Assembly (NCBI GenBank): GCA_965215185.1
Contig: OZ244034.1
Location: 1,696,001-1,760,000, forward strand
DNA from: Acidimicrobiia bacterium
Lineage (GTDB): Bacteria > Actinomycetota > Acidimicrobiia > Spongiisociales > ZC4RG35
DNA: 64,000 nt
Reading direction: 5' to 3'
The notes beneath the pieces were generated by a model. The model saw nothing but the letters and a program-made list of their open reading frames with translations. It made no database searches and was not told the DNA's origin. Shown one piece after another: positions 28,339 to 38,238 of this stretch. A program made the translations under genes and the position numbers. Position 1 is the first letter of the stretch, and every line of letters starts with the position of its first letter.

Positions 28339-28570
28339 CGATCCAGTCATCGTCACAAACAATCTGGGCCAGGGTCCGGATAGCGTTGGCCGTCCTTCCC
28401 CGACGCCCGATCAGCCGACCCATGTCCTGCTTGGCGGCCCGCACTTCGGCCAGCACCTTTTTGGGTTGGTCTCTCACGATATTCACACTTACCTCGGATG
28501 GCTGCGCAACGATCTCCCCCACCAGATAACCGATCAGCCGCTCCACCCTTTCGGTGTCACGCATGCTCAC
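28316..28570 (-). CDS. khpA: KH domain RNA-binding protein
   Basis: DMGRLIGRRGRTANAIRT between rpsP and rimM. Confidence 0.9.
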   Translation of the reverse strand: MSMRDTERVERLIGYLVGEIVAQPSEVSVNIVRDQPKKVLAEVRAAKQDMGRLIGRRGRTANAIRTLAQIVCDDDWIVEIEFLD

Positions 28571-28576
28571 TGTACC

Positions 28577-28960
28577 TCAGGACGCTGAAGCGCCGACGGT
28601 GGGCTGTGCGGCGTTCTCATCGGAGGCCTGAGCCTCGTCGGAAACAGGATCGGCCGCCGCCTGGGCGGGTGCCTCATCGCTCACCCTGTGGGCTTTCTTC
28701 GCCACAACCCGGTAGCGGGACCAAGCGCCGGAGATCTCCATAAGCTTGCGTACCCGGTCGGAAGGTTGGGCGCCTTTTACCAGCCAGTCGACAGCGCGGT
28801 CGTTGGCGATCTCAATCAGGGAGGGTTCCGCCAGCGGATCGTAACGGCCGATCTGTTCGATGTATCGGCCGTCGCGAGGCTTGCGACTGTCGGTCACCAC
28901 CACCCGGTAACTGGGCTTCTTCTTTTTTCCCATCCTCATCAGACGGATGCGTACCGCCAT
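28577..28960 (-). CDS. rpsP: 30S ribosomal protein S16
   Basis: [33 protein letters not shown]. Confidence 0.98.
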   Translation of the reverse strand: MAVRIRLMRMGKKKKPSYRVVVTDSRKPRDGRYIEQIGRYDPLAEPSLIEIANDRAVDWLVKGAQPSDRVRKLMEISGAWSRYRVVAKKAHRVSDEAPAQAAADPVSDEAQASDENAAQPTVGASAS

Positions 28961-28966
28961 GTTGTT

Positions 28967-30325
28967 TCACCTCTTACGTCGTCTTCGTCGGGTGCTGGCC
29001 GGTTGGAGGAGCCCTTCCATCCCCATTCCGGGAGTCTTCGCCCCGCCGGACAGCATGTTCATCATTTTTTGGGTCTCGGCAAACTTCTTAAGCAACCGGT
29101 TCACCGCGGTAACGGTGGTGCCCGATCCGGCTGCGATTCGACGCCGACGGCTGCCGGTGAGAATCCTTGGGTTGCGGCGCTCCTCCGGGGTCATCGAGTT
29201 GATGATCCCAACAGTGCGGCGCATTTCGTCATCGCTCAATCCGGAGATACCTGATCGGGCCCCACCGGGCATCATAGCAAGAACCGCGTTCAAACCTCCC
29301 ATCCGTCGCAGATTGTGAAGTTGCTCCAAGAAGTCGTCAAGCCCCAGACTCTGGGAGACGGCGCCCTGCACGAACCTGTCCGCATCCCCGGGCGCGGTGA
29401 TGGCTTCGGCTTTCTCGATCAGAGTAAGCACATCCCCCATTCCCAGAATGCGAGAAGCCATCCGCTCGGGATGAAACACCGAGAGCGCCGTCAGTTCCTC
29501 CCCTTCACCAACCAACTTGACCTTTTGGCCGGTGGCCTCGCTTACCGAGATTGCCGCCCCTCCCCGAGCGTCGCCGTCCAGCTTGGAGAGGACGATCCCC
29601 GTCAACTCTACGCTTTCGGCAAATCCCCGGGCCACATTCACAGCATCCTGACCGGTCATGGCGTCCACCACCAACAGCCTCTCCTGGGGACGGGCGATCT
29701 CCGTCATACCGGCCAACTCACCCATCAAACGCTTGTCAATCTGCAGGCGACCGGCCGTATCGATCACCACTGCGTCGTGGCCCGACGCGCGGGCCTGGCG
29801 CATGGCGGCTCGCACCACTCGCCGTGGGTTGGAGGATGCCGGTTCGCGATAGACCTCGACACCCGCTCTTTCTCCCAGCGCCACCAACTGCTCCACAGCG
29901 GCGGGCCGCTGAAGGTCCGCCGCCACCAGGAGAGGACGCTTTCCGTGACTCTCCCGAAGGTGAAGGGCCAATTTGGCGGCAGTGGTGGTCTTCCCCGAAC
30001 CCTGCAATCCCATCAGCATGATGGTCAGCGGCGATCCCTTGACTATCAGGGGCGCTGGATCCTCTCCCAGGGTTTTCACCAATTCGGAATGGACGATCTT
30101 GATCACCTGCTGTCCGGGAGTGAGGCTCTTGGAAACCTCTGCGCCGCTGGCCCTTTCCTTGATCCGCGCACAAAGGCTGCTGACAACTTCCACATTGACA
30201 TCGGCTTCCAGCAAGGCCAGCCGCACCTGCCGCAGCGCCAACCGCAGATCCGACTGGGTCAACCGGCCTTTCCCCTTCAACCGGGTAAAAATCGAGGAAA
30301 ACTGGTCGGTCAGGGACTCAAAAAT
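28967..30325 (-). CDS. ffh: Signal recognition particle protein Ffh, probable ATT start
   Basis: ALLEADV, GLQGSGKTT, DTAGR, KLDG, RRRRIAAGSG; conserved N-terminus xFESLTD begins at ATT 30325 with SD AGGAG 7 nt upstream. Confidence 0.97.
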   Translation of the reverse strand: MFESLTDQFSSIFTRLKGKGRLTQSDLRLALRQVRLALLEADVNVEVVSSLCARIKERASGAEVSKSLTPGQQVIKIVHSELVKTLGEDPAPLIVKGSPLTIMLMGLQGSGKTTTAAKLALHLRESHGKRPLLVAADLQRPAAVEQLVALGERAGVEVYREPASSNPRRVVRAAMRQARASGHDAVVIDTAGRLQIDKRLMGELAGMTEIARPQERLLVVDAMTGQDAVNVARGFAESVELTGIVLSKLDGDARGGAAISVSEATGQKVKLVGEGEELTALSVFHPERMASRILGMGDVLTLIEKAEAITAPGDADRFVQGAVSQSLGLDDFLEQLHNLRRMGGLNAVLAMMPGGARSGISGLSDDEMRRTVGIINSMTPEERRNPRILTGSRRRRIAAGSGTTVTAVNRLLKKFAETQKMMNMLSGGAKTPGMGMEGLLQPASTRRRRRKR

Positions 30326-30424
30326 CGCGGGACTCCTTTTCGATCATCGTTCCGTCATATTCTGGCATCCTTCGGCCCCCACCGACCAAGCCGGTAGCCT
30401 GGCGATTGTCCGACAGGGAGCAAT

Positions 30425-31216
30425 ATGGAACGGCGACTACCCACTATCAACATTCAGCGTACCGGAAACGTGCTGATGGCTGTCATAGATAATCCTCGTT
30501 CCCACCTCAACACCGTGGATGGCCAACTCCATGAGGATCTGACCGCCCTGTTCAGAATGCTGAAGCGGGAAGACCAGGCGAGGGTGGCGATCCTCACCGG
30601 AAGTGGAAGGTTCTTCTCGGCAGGAGGAGATTTCCGGTGGTTCCCTACCCTGCGGGATACCGAAAAACTCGATCATCTCCGCCGGGACGCCAAACAACTC
30701 ATTTGGGATTTGGTGGATATCGAGATACCCATAATCGCCGCCATAAACGGCCCCGCCGTGGGTTTGGGCGCCTCTGTTGCTCTTTTGTGCGATGTGATTT
30801 TTATGGCCGAAGAGGCGATCATCTCCGATCCGCATGTCCGAGTGGGCTTGGTCGCCGGAGACGGAGGGACCGCCATCTGGCCCCTCCTGGTGGGTCCGGC
30901 CCGCGCCAAGGAATACCTGATGACCGGCGATCCACTCTCTGCACAGGAGGCGGAGCGGATCGGCCTGGTGAACCGGGTCTTCCCCGCCGACCGCCTCCTT
31001 CCCGAAACCCTGGCCTTCGCGCAGCGCTTGGCCCGGGGCGCTCCCCTCGCCATTCGTTTCACCAAGATGGCGGTGAACAAGCTGATCAAAGATGCTCTGA
31101 ACGTGGCGTTCGATTCGGCTGCCGGACTCGAATTGGTCACCTTCCTCTCCGAAGACCACGCGGAAGCCCTGCAAGCGATCTCCGAAAAGCGCTCCCCCGA
31201 ATTTCGAGGCCGCTGA
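30425..31216 (+). CDS. Enoyl-CoA hydratase/isomerase family protein
   Basis: FSAGGD, AINGPAVGLG, DPHVRVGLVAGDGG. Confidence 0.94.
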   Translation: MERRLPTINIQRTGNVLMAVIDNPRSHLNTVDGQLHEDLTALFRMLKREDQARVAILTGSGRFFSAGGDFRWFPTLRDTEKLDHLRRDAKQLIWDLVDIEIPIIAAINGPAVGLGASVALLCDVIFMAEEAIISDPHVRVGLVAGDGGTAIWPLLVGPARAKEYLMTGDPLSAQEAERIGLVNRVFPADRLLPETLAFAQRLARGAPLAIRFTKMAVNKLIKDALNVAFDSAAGLELVTFLSEDHAEALQAISEKRSPEFRGR

Positions 31217-31239
31217 GTTGACCGACCCAGTGGGTCAAC
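31217..31239. terminator. Inverted repeat between convergent genes (terminator or operator)
   Basis: GTTGACC-N9-GGTCAAC immediately after the ECH stop. Confidence 0.4.
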
Positions 31240-31291
31240 AACGGATCGAGTTGGCCTCGAAGATGCATTTATTGATTGAGTCCGATACGAG

Positions 31292-32311
31292 TCAGACAGT
31301 CTCCAGATAAGCTCGTCCGGCGGTGGCGGCGGTGTGCAAGGCGCCGCCCAGCATGGATTGGAGGGAGAGAATTCGGCGGTAGTAGAGGTGCAAGCCGTAT
31401 TCCCAGGTGAATCCGATTCCTCCGTGCACCTGGATGGCCGACTCACACACCTCTCGGGCGTACGCTGGAACCGCCCAGAGCAAACCAGACAGGAAAGTGG
31501 CGTCCGATGCGCCCTCATCCATTAGAAAGGCGAGGCGGGCCACGGCGGAGCGCATTAACTCCAGGCGGGCCTTCATCTCCGCCAGGCGATGGGTCACTGC
31601 CTGAAACCGGACCAGGGGGCGGCCGAACTGCTCCCGGACCCGGGCATGGGACACCGATAGCTCCATAATCCGCTCGGCGCCGCCCACCAGGTCGGCCAGA
31701 AGACCAGCCAGCCAACCGGCGGCCACTTCCCCCCCCTCCGTCCACCCCTCCAGGACCACTTCCGGCACAACATCTGTCACCCGCAGGACGTGAACACCCT
31801 GGCCCCTGTCCAGAGCGTCAGCCTCCTCCAAGCGCACCGCCGGGTCCTCCAGGGAGATAACCGCCGTCCACCGGGGATGGGCAAGCGCAGCCAGCCTCGC
31901 CCCCGGCGAGAGTCTCACCCCCACCCCGGAGGCCGACAGCTTTCCCGCTCGAAGCGACGCCGACCCCTCGATGGCGTACCCCGCCCCACCGGCCACCGCA
32001 CCCTCCAGCACTCCCTCGAAATCGAAATGACCGGTGGCGGCCAGGGCGGGCGCCAAAAGCAACGACTCGTCAACCAACGCGGCCGGAAGAAGATGACGTC
32101 CGGCCACGGCACATAGCTCAACTGCCTCGCCGATGCCCAGACCGAGGCCCCCCACCTCCTCGGAGGCCACCATCCCATTCCAATCCATCCCGATGATCTC
32201 CGCCCGCACCTCGGCGGGAAGGGGACCATCCTCGCGGGCCCGGGCCAGCGCCTCGGAGAAAGGAAGCAACTCCTCCAGGGCCTGGTTGAACGCGGCAGCC
32301 AGTTCGCTCAT
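31292..32311 (-). CDS. Acyl-CoA dehydrogenase, short partner subunit
   Basis: REQFGRPL, FQAVTH, IQVHGGIGFTWE; degenerate N-terminus. Confidence 0.88.
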   Translation of the reverse strand: MSELAAAFNQALEELLPFSEALARAREDGPLPAEVRAEIIGMDWNGMVASEEVGGLGLGIGEAVELCAVAGRHLLPAALVDESLLLAPALAATGHFDFEGVLEGAVAGGAGYAIEGSASLRAGKLSASGVGVRLSPGARLAALAHPRWTAVISLEDPAVRLEEADALDRGQGVHVLRVTDVVPEVVLEGWTEGGEVAAGWLAGLLADLVGGAERIMELSVSHARVREQFGRPLVRFQAVTHRLAEMKARLELMRSAVARLAFLMDEGASDATFLSGLLWAVPAYAREVCESAIQVHGGIGFTWEYGLHLYYRRILSLQSMLGGALHTAATAGRAYLETV

Positions 32312-33420
32312 CGCAGTCCCAGCAGCCGACCGGAGATCACATTCTTTTGGATCTCAGAGGTCCCCGAATAGATGCTCACCGCCCGGGACTCCAAGAGGTC
32401 GTGTGTCCAGCCGTCGTCGGTGAGGGTTACCTCCGGTCCCAGTAACTCCACGGCGGTGGAGAACAGGTCCTGGTAGACCTCGGCCAGATAGAGCTTGTCC
32501 ACCGAGGTGGCGCCGGGGACCAGTGTCCCGGCCTGCTGTTGGGCAAGAGTCCGATAAGCCTGGGCGGTGAGCATCTCCAAAGAGGCATGGACTCGGCCGA
32601 TCCCCGCCAAGGCGGCCCGGTCCAGACCGCCCTGGTCCCGCACCCGCCCGGCCAGTTCCGCAAGTCTTCTCCGCAGCCGGATGGATCGCTCCAGTACAAA
32701 TATTCCCCGTTCATATCCCATGGCCTTCATCGAAACCCGCCACCCCTGGTTGAGCCCGCCCAGCACATTGGCGACCGGAACCCGCACCTCATCGAAGAAC
32801 ACTTCGCTGAAGTGCGGCTCTCCCAGCATTTGGGGAAGGGGGCGAATCGTGATCCCGGCGCTTTGCATGGGGGTGATCACCAGCGTCAGTCCCTGGTGCT
32901 GGCCGGGTTCTCCATCGGTTCTCACCAAGAGGGCATTCCAGGTTGACAGCTCCGCTCGGGAGGTCCACACCTTCTGGCCGGTGATCACCAACTCTTCTCC
33001 GTCCACCACCGCCCTAGTGCGAACCCCGGCCAGATCCGAGCCGGCGTCGGGCTCGGAAAAGCCCTGGCACCAAAGCTGCGAGGCGTCCAGCATTCCCGGC
33101 AGCAACCGGCGAAGCTGTTCGGGCTCGCCCATGTCCATCAGGGTGGGTCCCCAGGTGTACAAGGCCAGTCGGTTGATGATTTCAGCGGCGCCGCTGCGGG
33201 CCAGTTCTTCGGCCAGCACCGCCTCGGCGGCCAGTGACATCCCTCTCCCCCCGTATTCGACCGGCCAGGAAAGTCCCATAAACCCTGCTTCACACAGGGC
33301 GGCCTGCCAACGCGTCAAGGCTGCGATGCGAGCCCCGTACTCCGATGGCGGTGGCCCCGGGTCGTGATCTGTGATCCACCTACGCAGTTCTGTGCGCAGT
33401 TGGCCCTCCGCCGAACCCAT
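32308..33420 (-). CDS. Acyl-CoA dehydrogenase
   Basis: WCQGFSEPDAGSDLA, GQKVWTS, FSEVFFD, IYSGTSEIQ; start refined to ATG 33420. Confidence 0.93.
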   Translation of the reverse strand: MGSAEGQLRTELRRWITDHDPGPPPSEYGARIAALTRWQAALCEAGFMGLSWPVEYGGRGMSLAAEAVLAEELARSGAAEIINRLALYTWGPTLMDMGEPEQLRRLLPGMLDASQLWCQGFSEPDAGSDLAGVRTRAVVDGEELVITGQKVWTSRAELSTWNALLVRTDGEPGQHQGLTLVITPMQSAGITIRPLPQMLGEPHFSEVFFDEVRVPVANVLGGLNQGWRVSMKAMGYERGIFVLERSIRLRRRLAELAGRVRDQGGLDRAALAGIGRVHASLEMLTAQAYRTLAQQQAGTLVPGATSVDKLYLAEVYQDLFSTAVELLGPEVTLTDDGWTHDLLESRAVSIYSGTSEIQKNVISGRLLGLR

Positions 33421-33455
33421 GGCGAGCGTCTCGGGAAAGGTCTGCAGAGCGATCC

Positions 33456-34451
33456 TCAGTCGTGAATAGCCCGGGAAGGCAACCCGTTGGCGGAGGAGTG
33501 CAACCAGCACATTACCCGGTGCCGGTCGGCCTTGGTGCTCTCGCCCGGGAACTCCTGGTGGCAGATCTCCATCACCTGCGGGCAGCGGGGGGCAAAAGAA
33601 CACCCCGGAGGCAAGTCGATGGGCAAAGGAGGCTGACCGCTCACAGTTAGCAGTCGCTTCTTGCGCGATTCCAGGCTGGGAAGGGTGGCCAAAAGCGCCT
33701 TGGCGTAGGGATGAGCCGGCTCGTTGAATATCTGGCGAGTGGTTCCCGTCTCCACGATCCGACCGGCGTACATAACCCCCACCCGATCACACAGGCGGGC
33801 CACAATGCCCAGGTCGTGGGTGACAAATATCAACCCGAACTGGAACTTGTGCTGCAACTCGGAGAGAAGCCGCAAGTATTGGGCCTGGACGGTGGCGTCC
33901 AGGGAAGTGGTGGGCTCATCGGCGATCAGCAGGGCGGGGCGACAGGACAGGGCGATAGCGCCGGCCACCCGCTGGCGCATCCCGCCCGACATCTGGTGGG
34001 GATACTGCTTCAGACGTCGATCCGCTTGGGGAATCCCCACCTGGGTGAGGATCTCGATGACGCTATCCCGAAGTTTGTTTCCCCGCAGACCCTGGTGGAT
34101 CCGGATAGCCTCTGCCACCTGGTTTCCCACCGTGTATCCCGGGTTCAGGGAACTGAGCGGGTCTTGAAGAATCAGCGAGATCTGGCCCCCTCTAACCTGC
34201 CTTATCTCCCTTTCGGAGAGATCCAGCAATTCTTGTCCATCCAGCTTCACGCTTCCCCCCACAATTCGCCCGGCCGGGGCCTCCACCAGCCGCATCAACG
34301 CCAAACAGCTCACGCTCTTTCCTGAACCCGACTCCCCTACCAGTCCCAAGGTCTCTCCCCGATCCAGGGAAAAGCTCACCCCGTCGACGGCTTTCACCAC
34401 CCCTCGGCGGGTGTGGAACTGAACGCGCAGGTCTTTTACTTCCAGCAGCAT
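33456..34451 (-). CDS. Peptide/nickel-type ABC ATPase (DppD-like)
   Basis: GESGSGKS, MSGGMRQR, ADEPTT, C-terminal Cys motif. Confidence 0.95.
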   Translation of the reverse strand: MLLEVKDLRVQFHTRRGVVKAVDGVSFSLDRGETLGLVGESGSGKSVSCLALMRLVEAPAGRIVGGSVKLDGQELLDLSEREIRQVRGGQISLILQDPLSSLNPGYTVGNQVAEAIRIHQGLRGNKLRDSVIEILTQVGIPQADRRLKQYPHQMSGGMRQRVAGAIALSCRPALLIADEPTTSLDATVQAQYLRLLSELQHKFQFGLIFVTHDLGIVARLCDRVGVMYAGRIVETGTTRQIFNEPAHPYAKALLATLPSLESRKKRLLTVSGQPPLPIDLPPGCSFAPRCPQVMEICHQEFPGESTKADRHRVMCWLHSSANGLPSRAIHD

Positions 34452-34452
34452 G

Positions 34453-35352
34453 CTATATCTGCCGGAGTTTGGGATCGAAGCGATCCCTGGCCCAGTCCCC
34501 GAACAGGTTGGCGGCCAACACCACCGCGAAGATGGCTATGCCGGGGATAATCGAAACCCACCAAGCCCGGCCCAGCAGGTCTCGCCCGTCGGCCACCATC
34601 AGACCCCAGGCGGGCGTGGGGGGAGGAATGCCCACTCCCAAAAAGCTCAAAGAGGCCTCCAGCAGAATGATCAGCGCCACTTGCAGGGTCGCCAGCACCC
34701 CGATGCTGGGCATCACGTTGGGTAGGACATGTCTCCAAAGAATTCGCCGATTGGACACGCCCGCCACCCGCGCCAGGTCGATGTAATCCTGCTCGCTAAC
34801 CGCCAGGGCCTCGCCCCTGATTTGCCGGGCGTAATAGGGCCACAGCAGTATTACGATCACCATGAGCACATTGATGAGATTTGCGCCCAGCAAAGATACC
34901 AACACGATGGCCATCAGCATCAGAGGAAGCGCCAGCGTGACATCGGTGATCCTCATCAGGATCGTCTCGGTCCAACCCCGATAGAAACCGGCGATCAAAC
35001 CTACGGTGGCGCCCACCACCCCGGCCAATCCGGTGGCTACCAGCGCCACCATCAGCGAGACCCGGGCCCCGTAGAGAATGCGGGTGAAGATGTCGCGTCC
35101 CAGGGTGTCGGTGCCCAACAGAAATTCGCTCGAGCCCCCTTCCTGCCACACGGGAGGTATCAGCTTGTTGGATAGCTGGCCCACCTCCGGGTTGTGGGGA
35201 GCGATGAGCGGTGCAAAGATCGCCACCAACACCACCAAAGACAGCACCACCGTGGAAATGTAAGGGAACCGGATGGCGCCGGAAACGCCCCGCTTCTTCA
35301 CCTTGGGCTCTTTCTCCCCGGATGATCCGGAAACCGCTTCAGACCTGGTCAT
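34453..35352 (-). CDS. Peptide/nickel-type ABC permease (DppC-like)
   Basis: LGTDTLGRD, HVLPN, LSFLGVG. Confidence 0.95.
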   Translation of the reverse strand: MTRSEAVSGSSGEKEPKVKKRGVSGAIRFPYISTVVLSLVVLVAIFAPLIAPHNPEVGQLSNKLIPPVWQEGGSSEFLLGTDTLGRDIFTRILYGARVSLMVALVATGLAGVVGATVGLIAGFYRGWTETILMRITDVTLALPLMLMAIVLVSLLGANLINVLMVIVILLWPYYARQIRGEALAVSEQDYIDLARVAGVSNRRILWRHVLPNVMPSIGVLATLQVALIILLEASLSFLGVGIPPPTPAWGLMVADGRDLLGRAWWVSIIPGIAIFAVVLAANLFGDWARDRFDPKLRQI

Positions 35353-36272
35353 TGGTCGTACCTGATCTTGGGATTGACCCAGGCATAGGCCAGGTCAGCC
35401 AGGAAATTCGAGAACACGAAAGCCACCCCGAGGAGAATCACCGCTCCTTGGATAACGGGAAAGTCGCGTTGAATAACCGCGCGGATCAGAAGGCTTCCGA
35501 GACCCGGCCAGGCAAACACGTACTCCGTCACGATCGCTCCGCCGATCACCGCCGCAAAGATCACAGTGGAATAGGTGATCACCGGCAAAGCCGCGTTCTT
35601 GAAGGCATGCTTCCACACCACCACCGTCTCCCTGACCCCCTTTATGCGAGCCAGCTTCACGTATTCACCACTCAGGGCTTCCAGCATGGAGGAGCGGGTG
35701 AGTCGCATAATGCCCGCTGACACGAACCATCCCAGCGTAACCGTGGGCAAGACAATGGAAAGTGCCTCCTCCCGGCCGCCGGTGGGAAATATCTGCCATT
35801 GCACCGCGAACAGTCGCAACATCACCAGCCCAACCAGGAACGAGGGCGCCGCCCCTCCCAAGATAGAGAAAATCCGAGCCACATAGTCCCCGGCCCTTCC
35901 TCGAAATTTGGCCGCGTATACCCCCAAGGGCAGGGCGATCGTCAACGCCACCAACATGGAGAAGACCGACAATTCAAGGCTGGCCGGGATGCGAAGTCTC
36001 AGCAGTTCCCCGACGGTCCGTCCTCGGAAATACAGCGAAGTGCCGAAGTCTCCTTTCGCCACTCCCCCTATGAAAAGCCCGTATTGGACCACGAGCGGCT
36101 TATCCAACCCATAAGCCCGGCGCAGGTCGTTGGCGACTTTCTCGGTTACCTGGGGCGGAATCATGCGCTCCACCGGATCGCCGGTCAGGCGAACCAGGAA
36201 AAAGACCACCGTGACCAGGACGAAAATGGAGATGACGGCCTGTGCCAGTCTTCCCAATATGAAGCGTCTCAT
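35349..36272 (-). CDS. Peptide/nickel-type ABC permease (DppB-like)
   Basis: GLDKPL, GDFGTS, RSSMLE, VFAWPGLG; start refined to ATG 36272. Confidence 0.95.
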   Translation of the reverse strand: MRRFILGRLAQAVISIFVLVTVVFFLVRLTGDPVERMIPPQVTEKVANDLRRAYGLDKPLVVQYGLFIGGVAKGDFGTSLYFRGRTVGELLRLRIPASLELSVFSMLVALTIALPLGVYAAKFRGRAGDYVARIFSILGGAAPSFLVGLVMLRLFAVQWQIFPTGGREEALSIVLPTVTLGWFVSAGIMRLTRSSMLEALSGEYVKLARIKGVRETVVVWKHAFKNAALPVITYSTVIFAAVIGGAIVTEYVFAWPGLGSLLIRAVIQRDFPVIQGAVILLGVAFVFSNFLADLAYAWVNPKIRYDQ

Positions 36273-36369
36273 CCCTGCATCAATTCCCGGTGTTCGGTGT
36301 TTACCCAAAGGTCTATCGCCTCAAGACTAGAACAACGATCAGGGCGAGTCGGCGAAGCCACTAAACGCT

Positions 36370-37275
36370 TCAAAAGATGCACAGGGGATTAACCGCCGAT
36401 CCCGTTGCTCCCTGAAGGCGCAGCGGCGCCATCATCAGCACGAATTCGGCTCGTCCTTCCTCGGAGCAGGCCGATCGAAGTGTTTCGGTATCAGGCCAGT
36501 CCAAAAGGGCCAGACCCATCCCGGCCAGACCCAGAGAGTGCAGGGGAAGCGGAAGGCCCGGGTAGGGAGAAGGCAGCTTCTCTATGCAATCGCCTCCGTA
36601 CACGGCGACCTGCCTTCTATGGAGCCACCGGACGGCCTCCATATCCAAACCGGCCCGGTGCCCGGGATCGGGAGGATTGTCCTGCGCCTCATGGACCATC
36701 CTGCCTGAACGGACCACCACCGCGTCGCCTTTTCCCGCCGTCACCCCCCCGTATTGCTCGGCGGCCTCCAACTCTCCGGGGCCGATCATCGCCGTTGGAT
36801 CGAGGTAATCCACTCCCATCGCCGACGCCACATCCAACAGGACCCCTCGGGTTACCACCCCCTCCGCCATCGCCTCTATCGCCCCGAACCTCATCCCGAA
36901 ACGATCCACCTGCTCAGCCGCCCGGCGTCCGTTGTACATCTCTCCTTCGAAATAGACATGACCCACTGCATCCAGGTGGGTGACAGAGAATCCGTGCGGG
37001 GCGATCCCCATAAAATCCATGGCCGACTCGGCATGATGTCCGGCATATAGAAGTTGGTGAACCACCGGCCGGGGATTGGAAGGTCCCGCCACGGTGTCCA
37101 AATCCCGGCCTATCGAGACCACTCGACCGGAGCGCACCAGCCCCAGAGCCTCTTTCACCTTGGCCGGGTTTATGTAGTTGAGAGTCCCCCGCTGGTCGTC
37201 GTCTCCCCAGCGGCCTTGATTGGAGAGCTGGCGAAAGATCTCCCGATAGTTCAACTTCGGGATCTCCTCTCCCAC
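36370..37275 (-). CDS. Cyclase family metal-dependent hydrolase
   Basis: WGDDDQRGTLN, HG..THLDAVGH, RGVLLD, GATGSAVNP. Confidence 0.9.
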   Translation of the reverse strand: MGEEIPKLNYREIFRQLSNQGRWGDDDQRGTLNYINPAKVKEALGLVRSGRVVSIGRDLDTVAGPSNPRPVVHQLLYAGHHAESAMDFMGIAPHGFSVTHLDAVGHVYFEGEMYNGRRAAEQVDRFGMRFGAIEAMAEGVVTRGVLLDVASAMGVDYLDPTAMIGPGELEAAEQYGGVTAGKGDAVVVRSGRMVHEAQDNPPDPGHRAGLDMEAVRWLHRRQVAVYGGDCIEKLPSPYPGLPLPLHSLGLAGMGLALLDWPDTETLRSACSEEGRAEFVLMMAPLRLQGATGSAVNPLCIF

Positions 37276-38231
37276 GAAAGCCGGGGGCGTACCTCCCGCA
37301 CGAACAGGTCCAACTGCTCCAAGATGTGCTCGGTTTCCGGCCCGGGCGGAGTGGCCAATTGCAGGTGGGTCACCCCGGCCTCGGCGTATCTCTCTATCGA
37401 GTCAACGATCCGCTCCACCGAACCCCGGCACGGATGGTCGGGATCGTTGCGTTCGGTCACTTCCAGGTTGACGCGGTTTGAATAGACGAAACCTTCCGGG
37501 TCCCTGCCCCGCTTTTGGAGTCTCTCGATGATGTCCTCCCGGATTCTGGGCATCCCCTCAAGTGATACGAACGCTCCATGCCAGCCGGATCCCACCCGGG
37601 CGGCCCTCCGTCGGGCCGGAGCGCTGTTACCCCCCACCCAGATAGGAATGGTTCTTTGCACAGGTTTGGGATAGAAGCAAATGTCGGGAGGGAGGCTGTA
37701 GAAGCGTCCCTCGAAACCGGGATGGTCTTCCTTCCACAGGGCGGCCATCACATCCAGGTACTCGTCGGTTACCGCGCCCCGGTCTTCCCAGGAAGCGTTC
37801 ACCGCCGCGTATTCCTCGGGAATCCATCCCACCCCCACCCCCAGGATGAGCCGTCCCTCACACAGCACATCCAGGGTGGAAAGCATCTTGGCCGCCACCA
37901 CCGGGTGCCGCAGCGGGACAACCAGGGTGCCCAACGCCAATCGGATCCGTTTGGTCAAGGCGGCCAGATATCCCAGCAGGGTGAGCGGTTCGTAGACCGG
38001 GTCGGTGGCCTCCATATCCCCGATTCCCACCTCGCTCCAGGGTCGGGGGCCGGTGAAGGTCTTGCCTTTGGCGCGGTACGGGTGCGGAGAGGTGATGTTT
38101 CGGGCCAGCACGATGTGGTCCCCGATCCAAACATCGTCCAACTCCGCCTCTTCGGCAGCTATTGCTACCCGGCGGAATGTGTCGGTGTGGGCTGCTCCCC
38201 GGAAGTTGGGGATGCTGATTCCAAACTCCAT
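37251..38231 (-). CDS. LLM-class, probably F420-dependent, oxidoreductase
   Basis: VWIGDH, AAKMLSTLD, GVGW..EEY, PIWVGG. Confidence 0.9.
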   Translation of the reverse strand: MEFGISIPNFRGAAHTDTFRRVAIAAEEAELDDVWIGDHIVLARNITSPHPYRAKGKTFTGPRPWSEVGIGDMEATDPVYEPLTLLGYLAALTKRIRLALGTLVVPLRHPVVAAKMLSTLDVLCEGRLILGVGVGWIPEEYAAVNASWEDRGAVTDEYLDVMAALWKEDHPGFEGRFYSLPPDICFYPKPVQRTIPIWVGGNSAPARRRAARVGSGWHGAFVSLEGMPRIREDIIERLQKRGRDPEGFVYSNRVNLEVTERNDPDHPCRGSVERIVDSIERYAEAGVTHLQLATPPGPETEHILEQLDLFVREVRPRLSWERRSRS

Positions 38232-38238
38232 AGCTCCG

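Noticed and set aside
30326-30424. SRP RNA (ffs) next to ffh
   Set aside because: No SRP domain IV hairpin visible
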